Part shown: positions 63,029-64,000 of the stretch, one piece after another
How the letters are laid out: each line of letters begins with the position of its first letter
Position numbering within the stretch: the first letter of the stretch is position 1
Source of the DNA: Candidatus Sumerlaeota bacterium
GTDB lineage: Bacteria; Sumerlaeota; Sumerlaeia; Sumerlaeales; Sumerlaeaceae
DNA length: 64,000 nt
Reading direction: 5' to 3'
NCBI GenBank assembly: GCA_012513815.1
Contig: JAAZBM010000007.1
Coordinates: 22,153-86,152, forward strand
Position numbers and translations under genes: made by a program
The notes under the pieces: generated by a model
Told to the model about the DNA's origin: nothing
What the model saw: only the letters and a program-made list of their open reading frames with translations
The model's database searches: none

Positions 63029-64000
63029 TTATCCCTTCCTCGGCGGACGAATGCGTGTCTTGGCCCCTGCCTCAGAATCGAGAGAGAACAGGAATCGCCC
63101 TGTTTCGCCGGTGCTCTCGCGGTTGAGCATACGGCGCGCGCTATCATAGACGGTCTCAACGGAAATCTTTGTCATGCAACGATGATCAATGGGACAAATG
63201 CGATTCAGGCATGGAGCGCAAGGCGTCGACACACGAACAATCTCGGCCAACTTCGTCCAAGGATAAGTCACATTCCAGTCCGTGGGGCCAAACACGCCAA
63301 CAATCGGCACCTGCCGTGCCGCCGCGATGTGCATCGAACCGCTGTCGTTGGTGACGTAAAGCGAAAGTCTGTCTATCAGCGCGATGATACCGGGCAAATC
63401 CAGCGACTCACCCAAACGATACAGCGGCACAAAGTCCATGGCTCGCTCCAGTTGTTCGGCCGCGGCCGCCTCGGGCTTGATCGCCGTGCTCACAAAAGCC
63501 GCGTCAGGATACTCGCCCGCAAGCTGACGGACAAGCGCCGCCTGCTGCTCGTTGGGCCAGCACTTGGCAGTGCCACCGACAGCCGCCGGGCAAATACCAA
63601 TCAACCGGCGTTCGGTTAGATGATGGTCGATGAGTAACTGTTCGACCTGCTTGCGTCCTTCGGGAGCAATGGGCAGAATCAGATTCGGGACGCCTCGGGA
63701 GTTGCACAGCGGCATCCGAGCGTCTTCTTTGCCCAGTGCCTTGGCGGTCGCCTCGGCAAGATTCATGTAGTAGCGCACCATGTGATGCGGCGGACGCTCC
63801 GCCGGCCACTGGGTCGACTTGTTGCGCACAATCGAGCGCGAACTGCGTTTTTCCAGAACCGGAGTACGCCACTCGAACGGGTCGTAGGGCAAGCCGTGGG
63901 TCAGCAGAATGCCACGCCAGTTACGGCTGTAGCCAACACGTATCGGAATCCCAAGTCTCTTGGCAAACCACGCGGCGCGAATGCTGTTCGGCAAAAGACA
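63029..64000 (-). CDS. Glycosyltransferase family 9 (ADP-heptose:LPS heptosyltransferase-like), partial (N-terminus beyond the window end)
   Basis: YVTNDSGSMHIAAARQVPIVGVFGPTD and PCAPC..C.. are present. The frame stays open through nt 64000 (..CLLPNSIRAAWFAKRLGIP). Confidence 0.85.
   Translation of the reverse strand, partial: CLLPNSIRAAWFAKRLGIPIRVGYSRNWRGILLTHGLPYDPFEWRTPVLEKRSSRSIVRNKSTQWPAERPPHHMVRYYMNLAEATAKALGKEDARMPLCNSRGVPNLILPIAPEGRKQVEQLLIDHHLTERRLIGICPAAVGGTAKCWPNEQQAALVRQLAGEYPDAAFVSTAIKPEAAAAEQLERAMDFVPLYRLGESLDLPGIIALIDRLSLYVTNDSGSMHIAAARQVPIVGVFGPTDWNVTYPWTKLAEIVRVSTPCAPCLNRICPIDHRCMTKISVETVYDSARRMLNRESTGETGRFLFSLDSEAGAKTRIRPPRKG

Overview
This is a 64-kb window that looks chromosomal, at roughly 50-55% GC by eye, with one ~2-kb segment nearer 35-45%. 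I recognise 35 protein-coding genes (2 cut by the window edges), 3 tRNAs (Ser-GCU, Ala-UGC, Arg-UCU), one fluoride riboswitch and several intrinsic terminators. Housekeeping genes present are argS, rpmB, mdh, crcB, nrdDG, truA, clpS, ispE, kup, a clpC-like gene, metX and LPS-core GT9/GT4. They are interleaved with a cell-envelope/glycan accessory set. That set comprises four paralogous GHL10 (DUF187-like) TIM-barrel proteins, a membrane-anchored tandem GH42/GHL-like protein with two Cys4 motifs, and a GH3-PA14 beta-glucosidase. It also includes a secreted FAD oxidoreductase, a CAP/SCP protein, a GspG-like pseudopilin and an AsmA-like 1,322-aa protein. One 16.35-kb gene (18074-34426, minus strand) dominates the window. 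It encodes a 5,450-aa secreted mosaic protein with 4 parallel-beta-helix modules, 17 copies of a small beta-sandwich-like repeat and 9 InlB-B-like repeats. It also carries two copies each of an unknown ~430-aa module and a propeller-like ~310-aa module. This giant gene and the co-directional genes upstream of it (18-45 kb) are the best candidate for an undescribed system. Orphan pseudopilins, GHL10 expansion and giant beta-helix proteins suggest a PVC-superphylum bacterium, but that is inference only. I saw no CRISPR array, integrase, transposase or rRNA. All functional calls come from reading motifs by eye. No database search or structure prediction was run, and domain boundaries inside the giant gene are approximate (about +/-30 nt).
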